From: the human T2T-CHM13v2.0 reference genome, Homo sapiens
Direction: 5' to 3' (one strand)
DNA length: 64,000 nucleotides
Assembly (NCBI RefSeq): GCF_009914755.1
Contig: NC_060948.1
Of this stretch, positions 32,240-52,230 are shown in pieces (within the stretch, counting starts at the first letter, position 1; every line of letters begins with the position of its first letter). Under the pieces are notes generated by a model, which worked only from the letters and a program-made list of their open reading frames with translations, ran no database searches and was not told where the DNA came from. Made by a program: the position numbers and the translations under genes.

Positions 32240-32314
32240 CACAGACATACACATATACATATATACACCATAACTTAAAAATCAGAATCAATCCTACAAG
32301 GGTAACCACAAGAG

Positions 32315-32634
32315 TTTTGTTTGTTTGTTTATTTTGAGACTGTGTCTCAACTCTGTCTGCCAGGCTGGAGTGCAATGGCACAATCATGGTTCACTGCAGC
32401 CTCAACCTCACTGGGCTAGGGTGATCCTCTCACATGTCTCCTGAGTAGCTGAGTAGCTGAGATTACAGGCATGTGCCACCATTCCCAGTTGTTTTTTTTT
32501 TTTTTTTTTTTTTTTGTAGAAACAGGGTTTCACCATGTCATCCAAGCTGGTCTCAAACTCCTAGGCTCAAGTGATCCTGCTGCTTTGGCCTCTCAAGCTG
32601 CTGGGATTACAGGCATGAGCCACCGCATCCAGCC
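32315..32634 (-). mobile_element. AluJ
   Basis: Reverse Alu with TCACTGCAGCCTC and GGCTCAAGTGATCC, and a long central T-run. Confidence 0.92.
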
Positions 32635-32789
32635 CCATGTGTAGTTCTTTTTTCAGTATTATCATTCCAACAATGTAGAGATTATAGTAATAACATGGTA
32701 GAGTAGCAGTGTTGAAGAAGAGTAACTAAAATGAGGCTGAACATTTACGAAGGATATATCCTAACTCTTGTTAAATTTGAAACACTAAT

Positions 32790-33160
32790 TTTTTTATTTG
32801 TGGAAAAAATATATGTAATGTACATTTATCATCTTAACCATTTTTAAGTGTTCAGTTCATGGTCATTAACTCTTTCACATTATTGTGCAACCATCACCAT
32901 CATTCATCTAAAGGACTTTCAACAGGCTCTGTACCCATTAAACAGTAACCCCATTAACCTTTCCTACAAACCCAGGCACCCACCATTCTACTGTCAGTGT
33001 CTATGATTTTGACTTCTCTTAGCATGTCACGAGTGGAATAATAAAGTATTTGTCATTTTACAACATGCATATTTCACTTAGCATAAATGAACGTCCTCAA
33101 GGTTCATCCATGTTACAGCATATGTCAGAAATTCCTTCCTTTTAAAAAGAAATAATATTC
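32790..33160 (-). mobile_element. L1MB-like 3' end fragment
   Basis: TTAACCATTTTTAAGTG, TTGTGCAACCATCACC and ATTTCACTTAGCATAA...CAAGGTTCATCCATGTT. Confidence 0.8.
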
Positions 33161-33420
33161 GGGCTGGGTATGGTGGCTCACTCCCATAATCCCAGCACTT
33201 TGGGAAGCCGAGGTGGGCAGATCATGAGGTCAGGGGTTCGAGACCAGCCGGACCAACATGGTGAAACCTCGTCTGTCCTAAAAATACAAAAATTAGCTAG
33301 GCATGGTGGTGTGTGCCTGTAGTCCCACTACTTGGGAGGCTGAGGCAGGAGAATCACTTGAACCCAGGAGGCAGAAGATGCAGTGAGCTGAGATCGTGCC
33401 ACTGTACTCTGGCCTGGACA
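33161..33420 (+). mobile_element. AluS, 3'-truncated (no A-tail)
   Basis: Alu consensus to ...GGCCTGGACA, then an abrupt switch to non-Alu sequence. Confidence 0.9.
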
Positions 33421-33428
33421 GCTCTGTG

Positions 33429-33664
33429 CAATTGAACAATGAGAACACATGGGCACAGGAAGGGGAACATCACACTCTGGGGACTGCTGTGGAGTGGGGG
33501 GACGGGGGAGGGATAGCATTGGGAGATATACCTAATGCTAGATGATGAGTTAGTGGGTGCAGCGCACCAGCATGGCACATGTATACGTATGTAACTAACC
33601 TGCACAATGTGCACATGTACCCTAAAACTTAAAGTATAATAATAAAAAATAAAAAAAAGAAAAA
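33429..33664 (+). mobile_element. Young 5'-truncated L1 3' UTR (L1PA2-like)
   Basis: GCATTGGGAGATATACCTAATGCTAGATGATGAGTTAGTGGGTGCAGCGCACCAGC...GCACAATGTGCAC...CTTAAAGTATAATAATAAAA. Confidence 0.9.
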
Positions 33665-33833
33665 CAATTTAAGAAAATTTTAAGTAAAGTTTATAATGTT
33701 TTTGTTATTGAATTTTATGTAATTAATTTGTTTTGACTTTGACTAGTAGTTTATAAATTTATTAGTTTTTTTTATTAGAGTTTTGAAAGTTTTTATTTGG
33801 CTTTTTGAACAAGTTATTAGAAAGTTGTGTTTA

Positions 33834-34145
<312 letters not shown>

Positions 34146-34229
34146 TAATATTTGCTGTATTTATATTAATGGCAAATAAAACAAAAATTTCTTTGCCTGC
34201 TTCTTTCCTGCCAGACCACTAATTTCTAA

Positions 34230-35905
34230 CAAGACACCAATAACACACACTGGGGAAAGGACACCCAGTTTACTAAATGGGGCTGGGGAAACTGGATGTC
34301 CATATGAAGAATGAAACTAGATCACAAAACCTCAACAGATAACAATATCAACTCAAATAACAGACTTAAATTTAAGACCCAAAATATAAATGTACTAGAA
34401 AAAAGCAGGAAATGCTTCAGGACATTGGTCTAGGCCAAGATTTTATGTCTAAGACTTCAAAAGCATGGATAACACAAACAAAAATAGGGAAATTGAACTC
34501 TGCAAAACAAACAATCAACAGGAGTGAAGAGACAATCTATAAAATGGCACAATATATTTGCAAACTGTTCATCCAATAAGGGACTAATATATAAGGAACT
34601 AAGCTCAACAGCAAAAAAAAAATGACATTAAAAGGTAGGCAAAGGATCTGAATAGGCAGTTCTCAAATGAAGACATATAAATGGCCATCATATATATGTA
34701 AAAATGTTCAACATCACTAATCATCACAGAAATACAATTCAAAACCACTGTGAGTTACCATATTACACTAGTCAGAATGGATATTACTAAACAAGACAAA
34801 AAAATAAATTCTGCCAAGGATTTGGAGAAAAGGTTGATTTACAAACTCTTGGGATGTAAATTAGTACAGCCAATATGGAAAACAATATGGAGGTCTCTTT
34901 AAAAACTAAAATTAGAACCACAATATAATCCAGCAATCTGACTAGACAGTCTCTATCAAAGAAAAATAAAAAAGTAAATCCCGATAGGTAAACATGGAAT
35001 TGGCCTAAATGCCGACAGTGAATGAAAGGACAAAGAAAATGTGGTATACATACACAACAGAATATTTTAAGCCATATAAATGAATGAAATGCTGTCACTT
35101 GCAACAACCTGGATGGAATTGAAGGTCATTATGTGAAGTAAAATAAGTCAAGCATAGCAAAAGAAATATCACCTATTCTCACTCATATGTAGGAAAAGTT
35201 GATGTCATGAAGGTAGAGTGTAAGATGATAGTCTCCAGAAGCTTGGAAGTGGGTGTAGGTGTGGGCAAGATAAACAGGGGTTGGTTAATTTACGGTACAA
35301 ATATACAGGCATATCAAAAGAATATGATCTAATGTTTAATACCAGAAAAGGGAGACTACAATTAACAAGAGTATGGTATATTTCAAAATATCTAGAAGAT
35401 AAGGTATGAAATATTCCCAAAACAAAAATAGTAAATGTTTGAAGTAACGCATATCCTAAATAGCCTGACTGGATCATTACAAATTGTATGGATGTATCAA
35501 AATATCACATATAGGCAGGGAACGGTGGCTTGTGCTTGTAATCCCAGCACTTTGAGAGGCTGAGACAGGCAGATCACTTGAAGTCATGAGTTCGAGAGCA
35601 GCCTGGGCAACATGGCGAAATCGTGTATCTACAAAAAAACAAAAATTAGCTGGGTGTGGTGGTACATGCCTGTGGTCCCAGCTACTCAGGAATCTGAAGT
35701 AGAAGGATCACTTGAGCCCAGGAGGCAGAGGTTGTAATAAGCTGAGATCGCACCACTGCACTCTAGCCTAGGTGACAGAGCAAGACCTTGCCTAAAACAA
35801 AAAAAAAGAAAAAAAAACAGAAAAGAAAGAAATCATCACATATGTGATATACATACACGATAGAATATATACCCCAGAAATATGTACAATTATTATGTGT
35901 CAAAA
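34230..35905 (+). mobile_element. L1MA-like 3' region containing an Alu
   Basis: Degenerate ORF2 3' and UTR motifs (TTCTCAAATGAAGACATA, GCAACAACCTGGATGGAA, GTATCAAAATATCACAT). Confidence 0.85.
35514..35830 (+). mobile_element. Alu (J/S)
   Basis: Full dimer with A-tail. TSD-like ATCACATAT on both sides. Confidence 0.92.
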
Positions 35906-36234
35906 AGAGTTCTTTAACTAAAAACTTGTGATCTATTTAAATTACATGTTGCAAATTCACTTAATATCTGAAAAAGTTACTATTTTTCTAACCATCCAAG
36001 TTGCAGTCTAGAAACTTTAATTATCCAAATACCAGAAATCTAAAGCAACGATGACAGCCATCCTTACATAAACAATCTCAAAATCACCTGTGCCATCAAA
36101 GGCTTTGGGGCCTAAAGATGTATAGATGTGGAATTTGTTGAAGCTGTTGATTGGTACAGGCGTCACATCCATCAGTTCTATAAAAACAACCAAAACTGAA
36201 ACTGTTCCTAGGTTATTACCTATCCAAGCCATTT

Positions 36235-36365
36235 AACACTTCTGGGAGTTAGTTTCCTCATATGAAAACAGTGATAATAGCTGGCAAAGATGATGACAGA
36301 GTAAAATGAGTTAGTTCAGATCATGTGAGCTTAGAAAGAGCACACAGCCCAGTGCTCAGTTGACA
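36235..36365 (+). mobile_element. MIR remnant
   Basis: AGTTTCCTCATATGAAAA core and terminal GTGCTCAGT. Confidence 0.55.
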
Positions 36366-36855
36366 TAAGTCAACACTGTCATCATGCATCTTGGGAGGAG
36401 TATGGGTGTAGGGGGCAGGAGTGAGAGGGTGATGAAGGAGCAGTGACTTGGGGAGAAACCCTAAGTCTGAATTCTTCCTCCAGTACTCAGCCCCAGGGCC
36501 ACCTTAACCCTCTCTCAGAAAGAGACCACTCAGGTCTGCTCCACACCCTCACATTTGAACACCTGTGCCCAACCTGCATTGCCACTTCCTGCCTGCTCTC
36601 CACACAGGGCCACCATAGCACAAGCAACACCATATAGAGCTAATAACATCTCTTCCTCTTGCTAATCAGAATCCAAAAGGGCCCATTAAATTTCCCCAAG
36701 TCACCAAGCCCTGAATTTTTTCAAGTTTTATAGCAGAAATAAGTAAACCAGACTGGAGGAAGCTGGAGCAACCTGCCTGACTGCTTGCCCGTTTGCACAC
36801 TGTGACTGCAAAAGCCACCAAATAGCAGGGAGACTGGGGCTAACACAGACATGCT

Positions 36856-36929
36856 AGTCCCCTGATGTGAAGGGGCTAAGCTCTGCTCTCCAAGTCCCCT
36901 GATGTGAAGGGGCTGAGCTCTGCTCTTCA
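36856..36929. repeat. 37-bp tandem duplication
   Basis: AGTCCCCTGATGTGAAGGGGCT(A/G)AGCTCTGCTCT(C/T)CA twice, with 2 mismatches. Confidence 0.9.
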
Positions 36930-37019
36930 AGTACCTCCCACTATCCCATCCCAGCTAGCAAGCCCTGCTTTCCAGCTGGAAGCAGCAGCTGCTCTAGGAG
37001 TGCTCACCAGGACACTCAC

Positions 37020-37274
37020 CTCATAGCCAAGCCATGCTGCCTGCTGCAGGAGAGTCTCACCAGCATGCCTATCGACAATAATTCTCCTTGCTCTCAGCTG
37101 CACTGGGCGAGATTGGTTGGTTTCCTGAGGGGAACATGAGTGTGGCAGCTTCATGGACTGGGAAGCTGGTAGCAACTCTTGCAAGCAGTTGAAGGGCTTC
37201 ATCTCCTGCTTGGATGAAGTCAGATCATAGTTGGAACTGGGTTCAAGTTGCTTTCTGAATCTTGGGACAGTTGA
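37020..37274 (-). pseudogene. BCORP1: BCOR exon 10 equivalent
   Basis: [22 protein letters not shown]...[30 protein letters not shown]. 255 bp, open. Confidence 0.95.
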
Positions 37275-37630
37275 CTAAGACAAAACGAATTAGTATACAC
37301 AGTTAAGATTAAGACTACATCCTTTCCACATCCACTGCTTCCCCTCCTCCTTCCTGTAAGACAAACCTGCATGGGGAAGGCAGTTTCCTTTCCTTCCTGG
37401 GAGGTGGAATATCAAAGGAAAAGTGTTACAGACTGGGGTATGAACTTAAATTTTAATAGTTTCCAATTTTATCACCATCAAGGAAGACTTCCCCTCTAAG
37501 ACAGGGAAGTTAGGAGTCCAGTAAAAGAAAGGCTTTACATCCTTGAGAAAAGCAGGTAGGTGGGGAATGTTGGGGTGAGGGGAAATAGCCTCTATATAAG
37601 CCCAAGGAGAAAACAAGTGCCAAGAGGTAT

Positions 37631-37956
37631 CTTGCCATCAGCATTCTCAACGTAGCACTTCCCTGTTAGTAGGAACCCCTGCCTCAGGTCCTGAGATATC
37701 AAGTGCTTGGTTTTGCATTGTCTCTTCCCAGATGGCTTCTCACTGTTATTGGTGTATTTCTGCAGCAGGGAGGCAGCAGGGCACTCCTCTTCCTTGTCTG
37801 TGCACAGCATGTCTGTCTTAATGCTCTCATTAACTTTCTGCTGCTTATCAGGCAGCCTCAACAATGGTATGCAGCTTGAGTGAGTCGGCTTTTGGCTGCT
37901 TGCATTGTTGGATAAAACCTTATTCTTCGGTGGAGGGCCTGAGAACAGAGACAAGG
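37631..37956 (-). pseudogene. BCORP1: BCOR exon 9 equivalent with dead donor
   Basis: TTTAG/...[27 protein letters not shown]...YVENADGK. 326 bp, open. The next bases are ATACCT rather than GT. Confidence 0.94.
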
Positions 37957-38077
37957 CTAAATATAGATGGTGCAGCATGGTGGCAGAATAGCTAACAGGA
38001 AAGAGACATGGGGAAAAGGGCAAAAAAAAGGAGTCATTACATAGTTGTAGCCCATGCAGAAAGAAAATCCCACTGTT

Positions 38078-44242
<6,165 letters not shown>

Positions 44243-44468
44243 GAAAATCCCACTGTTAACTCTTACTTTGGAGCAACTTCAATTTTAAAATTAAGTTTTC
44301 AGACATAATTATCCCTCATTTAAATGGAAAATAGGTTAACACATCAAACTGCAAGTAACAATTTTCTGCAAAGTGCTCAGACAAGAGAACAGAGCACTCT
44401 CGTACCAACTCTCTCTGTACATTCCACAAGGAAGTGGGTAGGGTAGTCAAGAAGTGGCCTCTGCATAC

Positions 44469-44807
44469 CTTCTTCGTTGTCACTGGGTTTAAGAAATTCT
44501 TCCAACCAGCTTCTGTTGCCTTTGACCTCTGCCCTTTTCTTGCTGAGTTTCTCTTTCATGATATCACAATCCCAGGCAGTGACCTCAGGCTGGACTGTCT
44601 GGGTCACTTCCTTCCTGCCTTGCAGACTAGGTTTGTTCTCTGCTGCCAACACCTGCTGCTCCTACTGTTCTCTAAGGTGCATCAAATGGTGTTTCTTAGG
44701 ATGTAGCCCTGTAAATGTAATATACACCTTCAGGTTGGTCAGCTCACTATAATGTGGGTCTTCTAAGTAGACAGAGGAATTTGTTACTTCCCTCTAGGGC
44801 CAGGTAT
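44469..44807 (-). pseudogene. BCORP1: BCOR exon 8 equivalent with two nonsense codons
   Basis: TTAG/(D)TWP*REVTN...[25 protein letters not shown]...EQ*EQQ...[16 protein letters not shown] at 44794-44796 and 44662-44664. The internal alternative acceptor TTACAG is kept at 44709. Confidence 0.94.
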
Positions 44808-45203
44808 CTAATGAATAAATAACTAAAAATTAATCCAAATGCTGCCTTGAAAGAACAAATGACTTTATGCATCACCAGTAGTGTGAGGGGAGGAGAAGGG
44901 AAAGGAGTGTGGTTACTCTCTCTGATTTTGGGAGAGAACCTAATTATTTTTTACCCTCTCTGGGCTTGAGTGCCTGCATCTGGCTGTAAAGCAAGTAAGT
45001 TATGAGTGGAGTCTGTGGGGCTCCATGGTGGAAATCTCATGGAAGAGGAGTGGGAATAAAAACTCTTCACTGCTATGTGTCATGGCTTCCTTCCACTGAT
45101 TCTGTTTATGGGGCTACATGCCACACATCAACAGGCCATGTCTGTCCACTGTGACTGTATGCACAGGCCCACTGAGAAGGCAGCTAAAGGTGACAAAACT
45201 CAC

Positions 45204-45467
45204 CTATATAAACCTGTTTTTGCTTGTTTTTTAGGAAAGAGTCCTCTGGCAACTTCTCTGCAGTAGTCTCTGTCTGGTTGCTGTCACTTGAGACTTTGTG
45301 TTTCCTTTCCAGTTGGAGGATGGGGCTGTGCATCACATCCATAGCTACCTGGTCGGCAGCTGGCTCACCTACAGGCTGCCTTTCCATTAAATACTTCTCT
45401 ACAGGAAGATCTTCATCCTTTAGGGCTTTAAAGGAATTGTGCTGTTTGTTTCCAGGACTATGCTTGC
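45204..45467 (-). pseudogene. BCORP1: BCOR exon 7 equivalent
   Basis: CTAG/...DLPVEKYLMERQPVGEPAADQVA...ETTAEKLPED.../GTGAGT. 264 bp, open. Confidence 0.95.
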
Positions 45468-46399
45468 CTAGCAGGAGAGAAAACCAGAATACATAAGTGA
45501 ATTCAAAAATCACCAAGAGAAGGCAGGATTCAGGGAACAGCTGAGACCATGCCAAGGTAATCTGCTATTGACAGATGCTTCTTTAGAAACTGGAGTTCTC
45601 ACATTGTTAATATCAAGTTCTCATAAATAGACTTGTCCAAAGGAAGGATACACTGAAGATGAGCAGCAAGCAAAGCAGAAAGTTAGACATACACCACACT
45701 CATAATTCTCTCCTTCTATCTCTGTATATTAGGGGAATGAGACAAATAAGAAAGAAGATGAGACATCAATGCTATCTTTTTAAAAAAAAATATTACAGTC
45801 CTTTCTTTCAGCAGCATGATCCAATCAAGCCAGGACCGGCATAAATATCTCTACAGTAATACGTGCTGAGGTCATTATTTTGAAATAAAAGGCTGATGAG
45901 ATGAAGACACAAAATATACCCAAAATGTCATCTACTGAAGTGGTAACACCAATATTCACTTGGACCAACAGCAGAGATCATGAAGAAGGAGGGAAGGGAG
46001 ACAGCATGTCAAAAGAAACCTAAACCCTTAATGGGCAGAAGTAATCATCTCTTCCATAGGGCCCATGGTCCAGGACATGGCAGTTGCCTGCAAAATCAGC
46101 AGAGGGAAACAACTGCCAGAGGAAGGCTGAGAACCTGGGCAGACTTAAGGTGCTGCGAAGAGGGGTCTGGGAAAAGCCAAAGACAAGGTTTGACAGCACA
46201 TGCACAAGTTCAGAGACAATTTAAAAAAACTCAGTCTGCTGGTTGCACAAATGTGCAAGGAAATGTGGAAGGAAAAGCTTTTCACTGAATCCAAGGAGCT
46301 TCCATTTCCTGTTCAACATAGGACCACCACAATGAGGACACTGGTCACACCAGCTGGGACTAATCAAATGTTTGTAGAACTACAGACAGCAATTTTGTA

Positions 46400-48451
<2,052 letters not shown>

Positions 48452-48939
48452 TGAATTCTTCTAGTTAGATCATTCAACTTCTTTGATCCAATTAGCCTCC
48501 CCTGAATGTACCATGGGAGGGAGTGGGGATGTAGAGTGAAAACCTAAGTATTATCTTAGGAAATGCCATGTGCAAGTGGAAAAGTATACTTTTAAACTTT
48601 TAAAGTGTACTGTCTTCTCTCCTTAACTCCTTTAAGGTAGAAAACATGGTTTGAAAAAAGTGATTGCATGGTGTCACAATGCCTTTGAGAGTCACAATCA
48701 GGAAGCAGCTTAGCTAGTGTGGGACCCAACCCAGAATGAACTTCCCTTCCCACATCAAATATCAGATTAAGAAGCTCTTAACCTGAGTGTTTTAGATTCT
48801 ACTTTTGTCCTTTATATCTGAACTACAGATCTCATATGGTCACCTATATCTCTAACACTCTCAACTTCGTATAAGGCATTTTTCTTGAGGAGATAGTTTT
48901 CCAATTAAGTTTTACCCCTACTGCAAAATTATCTCTCAT

Positions 48940-50320
48940 CCACCTGACCTTTTGCCCAAACTGAGAGCATCTTTTACTGGAAGAGTTGTGATGAGTTATT
49001 TCACAGGATGAAGTCAGTGGGCAATGATTGGCTAGTAACCTCATCTCTCTGCTCAGTGAATGACACTACCTCTATAAGAGCCCTGGCTGACTCTTGTCTA
49101 CTCCAAAATTTCCCATCTGGCAAAAGCTGCCCAGTGAGGGTAGGGAGGTTTCCCCTTCACATACCACCTTTTGCTCCCCTCTTCATGAGGAGACCAGCCA
49201 GAAAAGGATGGCCAGCCTGCTACACAACTGTGCCTTGGAAGGTTGTAACTCATCTCATGGGCATTCTCCCGACACCCCATGTAGTACCAGGAAACCCAGG
49301 GGACCATGACCTCATCCTGAACTATTATCAAGAACCCTCCATTGCTAAACGTGGGGTTCACTGCAATCACATTTACTCACATAGAGTTCCCCTACCTCTC
49401 AAAAGGATTTTTCCCCAAAACTGGTTCCATTCACCATTTCCCAAATCCTCCAAGTCATTAAAAAAAGGGACAATAATTTCAAAGAATTGAGGTATCTTCA
49501 CTATTACCTCTTCGGTCAAAGATTCTCATTCCTCTGAATGAACCCCTGCCACTCCCCTCACAAGATATTACATGGCCTTACAAAAGCCAGTAATAATTCT
49601 GCCCACAGTGATGGCCCAAGATACACAGACTACCAGCTATACAGGTGAGAAGTTCTATGTTCCATTGCTGCACATCTTAACCTGGATGTTCTCAAATTAG
49701 ACTATTTCAGTCATCACACACAGCATTAATCACATGGCAAAGGATATAAATTAAGAGATGTAGGGGTCCTAACCATTAGACTCTACCATAGCTGTTATTT
49801 TAAGCCCTTCTAAAAAGCAGAAAACCATGTGCCCTTGATAGATAAGAATGTAAGTCTGTTATCTGAGGTCTACCACCTGCTCCCTGCAACATGGTCTTAT
49901 GAGACACAGCACATACATTCCATAATTTATCACAGCTGTGCCATAGTAGTACCTCATAGAAGTATCTCCATGGCAACATTTACAAGTCTCCACAGCAAAA
50001 ATAAATTCTGCCACTGTTGGTGCCACAGATGCTGGGCCCTAACAAGATGGGAGGAGACTGAGACTTTTGAGGGTTTCCCATGATCCATTTCCTCTGCAGG
50101 CAACTGTATCAGCTCCAGCTGAGACTAACCTTGTTATAACTTATGCCCTCTCCATCACGGGCATCAACTTTCTCTGTATCTAATTCAAGATAATCTACAA
50201 AGCATTCAGGCATATTCTCCTGGAAGAGAAGTTCCTGAGCCAATAATTTCTGCCCAGGCATTGCGACCAAACACACCCCAGGTCTGCTTCAGTGAAGTGG
50301 CTGGCAGAAGAGAAGGAAAC
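48940..50320 (-). mobile_element. Probable ancient ERVL-type LTR-element remnant
   Basis: Composition and scattered motifs resemble decayed ERVL internal/LTR sequence. No clean ORF; boundaries approximate. Confidence 0.35.
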
Positions 50321-50732
50321 CCACATTATCGAAGGAAGGGCTAATATGTACATCTACTATGTATCAACAAAAATAAATCAATAATTAAAAACCTAAAAAT
50401 TGTATTATACTGTTTCTAACTATAGGGCCAAGCCTCCTTTATAAAACGAGATGTGTCCTTGTCTAAAGGAAAATAATACTTCATAGATTATTAAAAGGAA
50501 ATTATCTTTCACAGATAATTCATTCCTGATTGCCACAATGATTAAAAAGACAATCAGTCCTTCACTCCACAGATGGCAAAAACAGCCCATTTTTCTGAGA
50601 AGACACCAAACAGAAGTCAGAATCTTGTATGTGATTGCTTTATCTCACCTCCCTGGGCCCTGGGAACAGGATCACCCTGTTGCCACCAATGTGGTAATTG
50701 AGCCACAAAGCAAGTGGCTCAGCTGTACCTAC

Positions 50733-50865
50733 ATCTCTCACAGTTATTCTGGCTGGCAATATCCTCCTCCAGAAGACATTTTGGCTTTTTGTCCTGATTT
50801 CCTTTCCACCTCTCTGAGTCAGCTGTGCTGAATTTGTATGGCTTGGCGTCCTTGGTTTCTGAATG
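50733..50865 (-). pseudogene. BCORP1: BCOR exon 6 remnant, 5' part deleted
   Basis: [50 protein letters not shown]. The recalled RAMMRFSELEMKEREGG start is absent. Confidence 0.9.
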
Positions 50866-51248
50866 GAAAAAAAAAGAGGGATGAACATCAACACCTTATT
50901 ATAAATGCTATTTCATTTGTCTTACACTAAAGAAAAATATGTCCAAACAAATGTTTGCCCAAAATTAACCATGGACATAAACTCTTTAACCATACTGTTT
51001 TCAAGGAGTTTATGTATCTAGACACACAAGCTATAAGCATGTATATCAGTGAACACATTTTTGTGCACATTCTCTTTTGGAAATAAAAACACAGCATACA
51101 CACAAAACAGAAATAGCAGGAAAAAAATCTCACAAGGAATATAGGCTATAAACTACCTTTTGAATATTTGGAAATAAAATTTAACTTTAAAGGCTTATAT
51201 AATATTATAATGACAATAATATGAAAAACATAAATTTGAAGAACTGAA

Positions 51249-51302
51249 CCCATAATAAACACTAGGCAGACATAAAATACTGTCCTTTTTTAATTCTTCT
51301 AG
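51249..51302 (-). pseudogene. BCORP1: BCOR exon 5 equivalent (54-bp alternative exon) with damaged splice sites
   Basis: LEELKKDSILCLPSVYYG versus recalled MEGLQEDSILCLPAAYCE. Preceded by TTACATGA (no AG at the boundary) and followed by TTCAGT. Confidence 0.85.
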
Positions 51303-51533
51303 TCATGTAATTAAAATGGGCACTCAGGGGGTCATTTAAATAACTTCATTTATTTTTATAAAGATAAAACAAATTCTTTTTAACATTCCAAAAAAAGTGG
51401 CCTATTCATCTTTGAAATAAAAGTAAAAATCTTAGAAAATTCCTATACAACATGTATCATAATTAACTATCAAGTTAAATATATGCTATATCCCATTCTG
51501 CCAAGAGGTACAGGAGTAAGCGAGAGAGAGCGA

Positions 51534-51534
<1 letters not shown>

Positions 51535-51566
<32 letters not shown>
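51535..51566 (+). repeat. (TG)16 microsatellite
   Basis: Direct count. Confidence 0.95.
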
Positions 51567-51569
<3 letters not shown>

Positions 51570-51743
51570 GTTGCACGATCCTGCAGAACCACAGCTGCTA
51601 CACATCTTCTCAAGCAAGTATCAAGTAAGGTATTCTGAGCAGCTAGATATATTGGTTATTTTATCAACAGAAAAATAAAATCAATTGATAGGTAAATGCC
51701 ATGCATTTTTTAGAAATTATTCACAATAATTAAAACTTCTGTT

Positions 51744-52030
51744 ACAGGCTGAGCATCTCTTATTGTAAATGCTTGGGACAATTATTTTAATTTTTTATCA
51801 GATTTTGGAATATGTACATATACATAATAAGGTATCTTGAATATGAGAACCAAGTCTATACAAAAAAATCATTTATGTTTCACATACACTTTACACACAT
51901 AGCCTAAAAGTAATTTTATTCAGTATTTTTAACAATTTTGCATATGTAACAAAGTTTACGTTAAGTATTTGTTTGTGGGCTTTTCCACTTGGGGCATGAT
52001 GGTGGCATTCAAAAGTTTCAGATTCTGTAG
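51744..52030 (+). mobile_element. Tigger4/MER46-like DNA transposon remnant
   Basis: TA-CAGGCTGAGCATCTCTTATTGTAAATGCTTGGGAC terminus and CATTTATGTTTCACATACAC...ACACATAGCCT. Confidence 0.7.
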
Positions 52031-52230
52031 CAAAGTATCCAGAAACATGTATATCCTAAGTACTACTATTCACATTCCCTTACTGGACATAATATATACA
52101 TTCAAATTACAATAAGCTTCATTAGTCAAATCTGCATAGTGCCATGTCCTACCATACTCCCCCAGTACTCTTTACATATTTAAACTGTAACTACAGGTAA
52201 AGTTGCTAAAAGGTGGGTAGAGGGGGTGAC

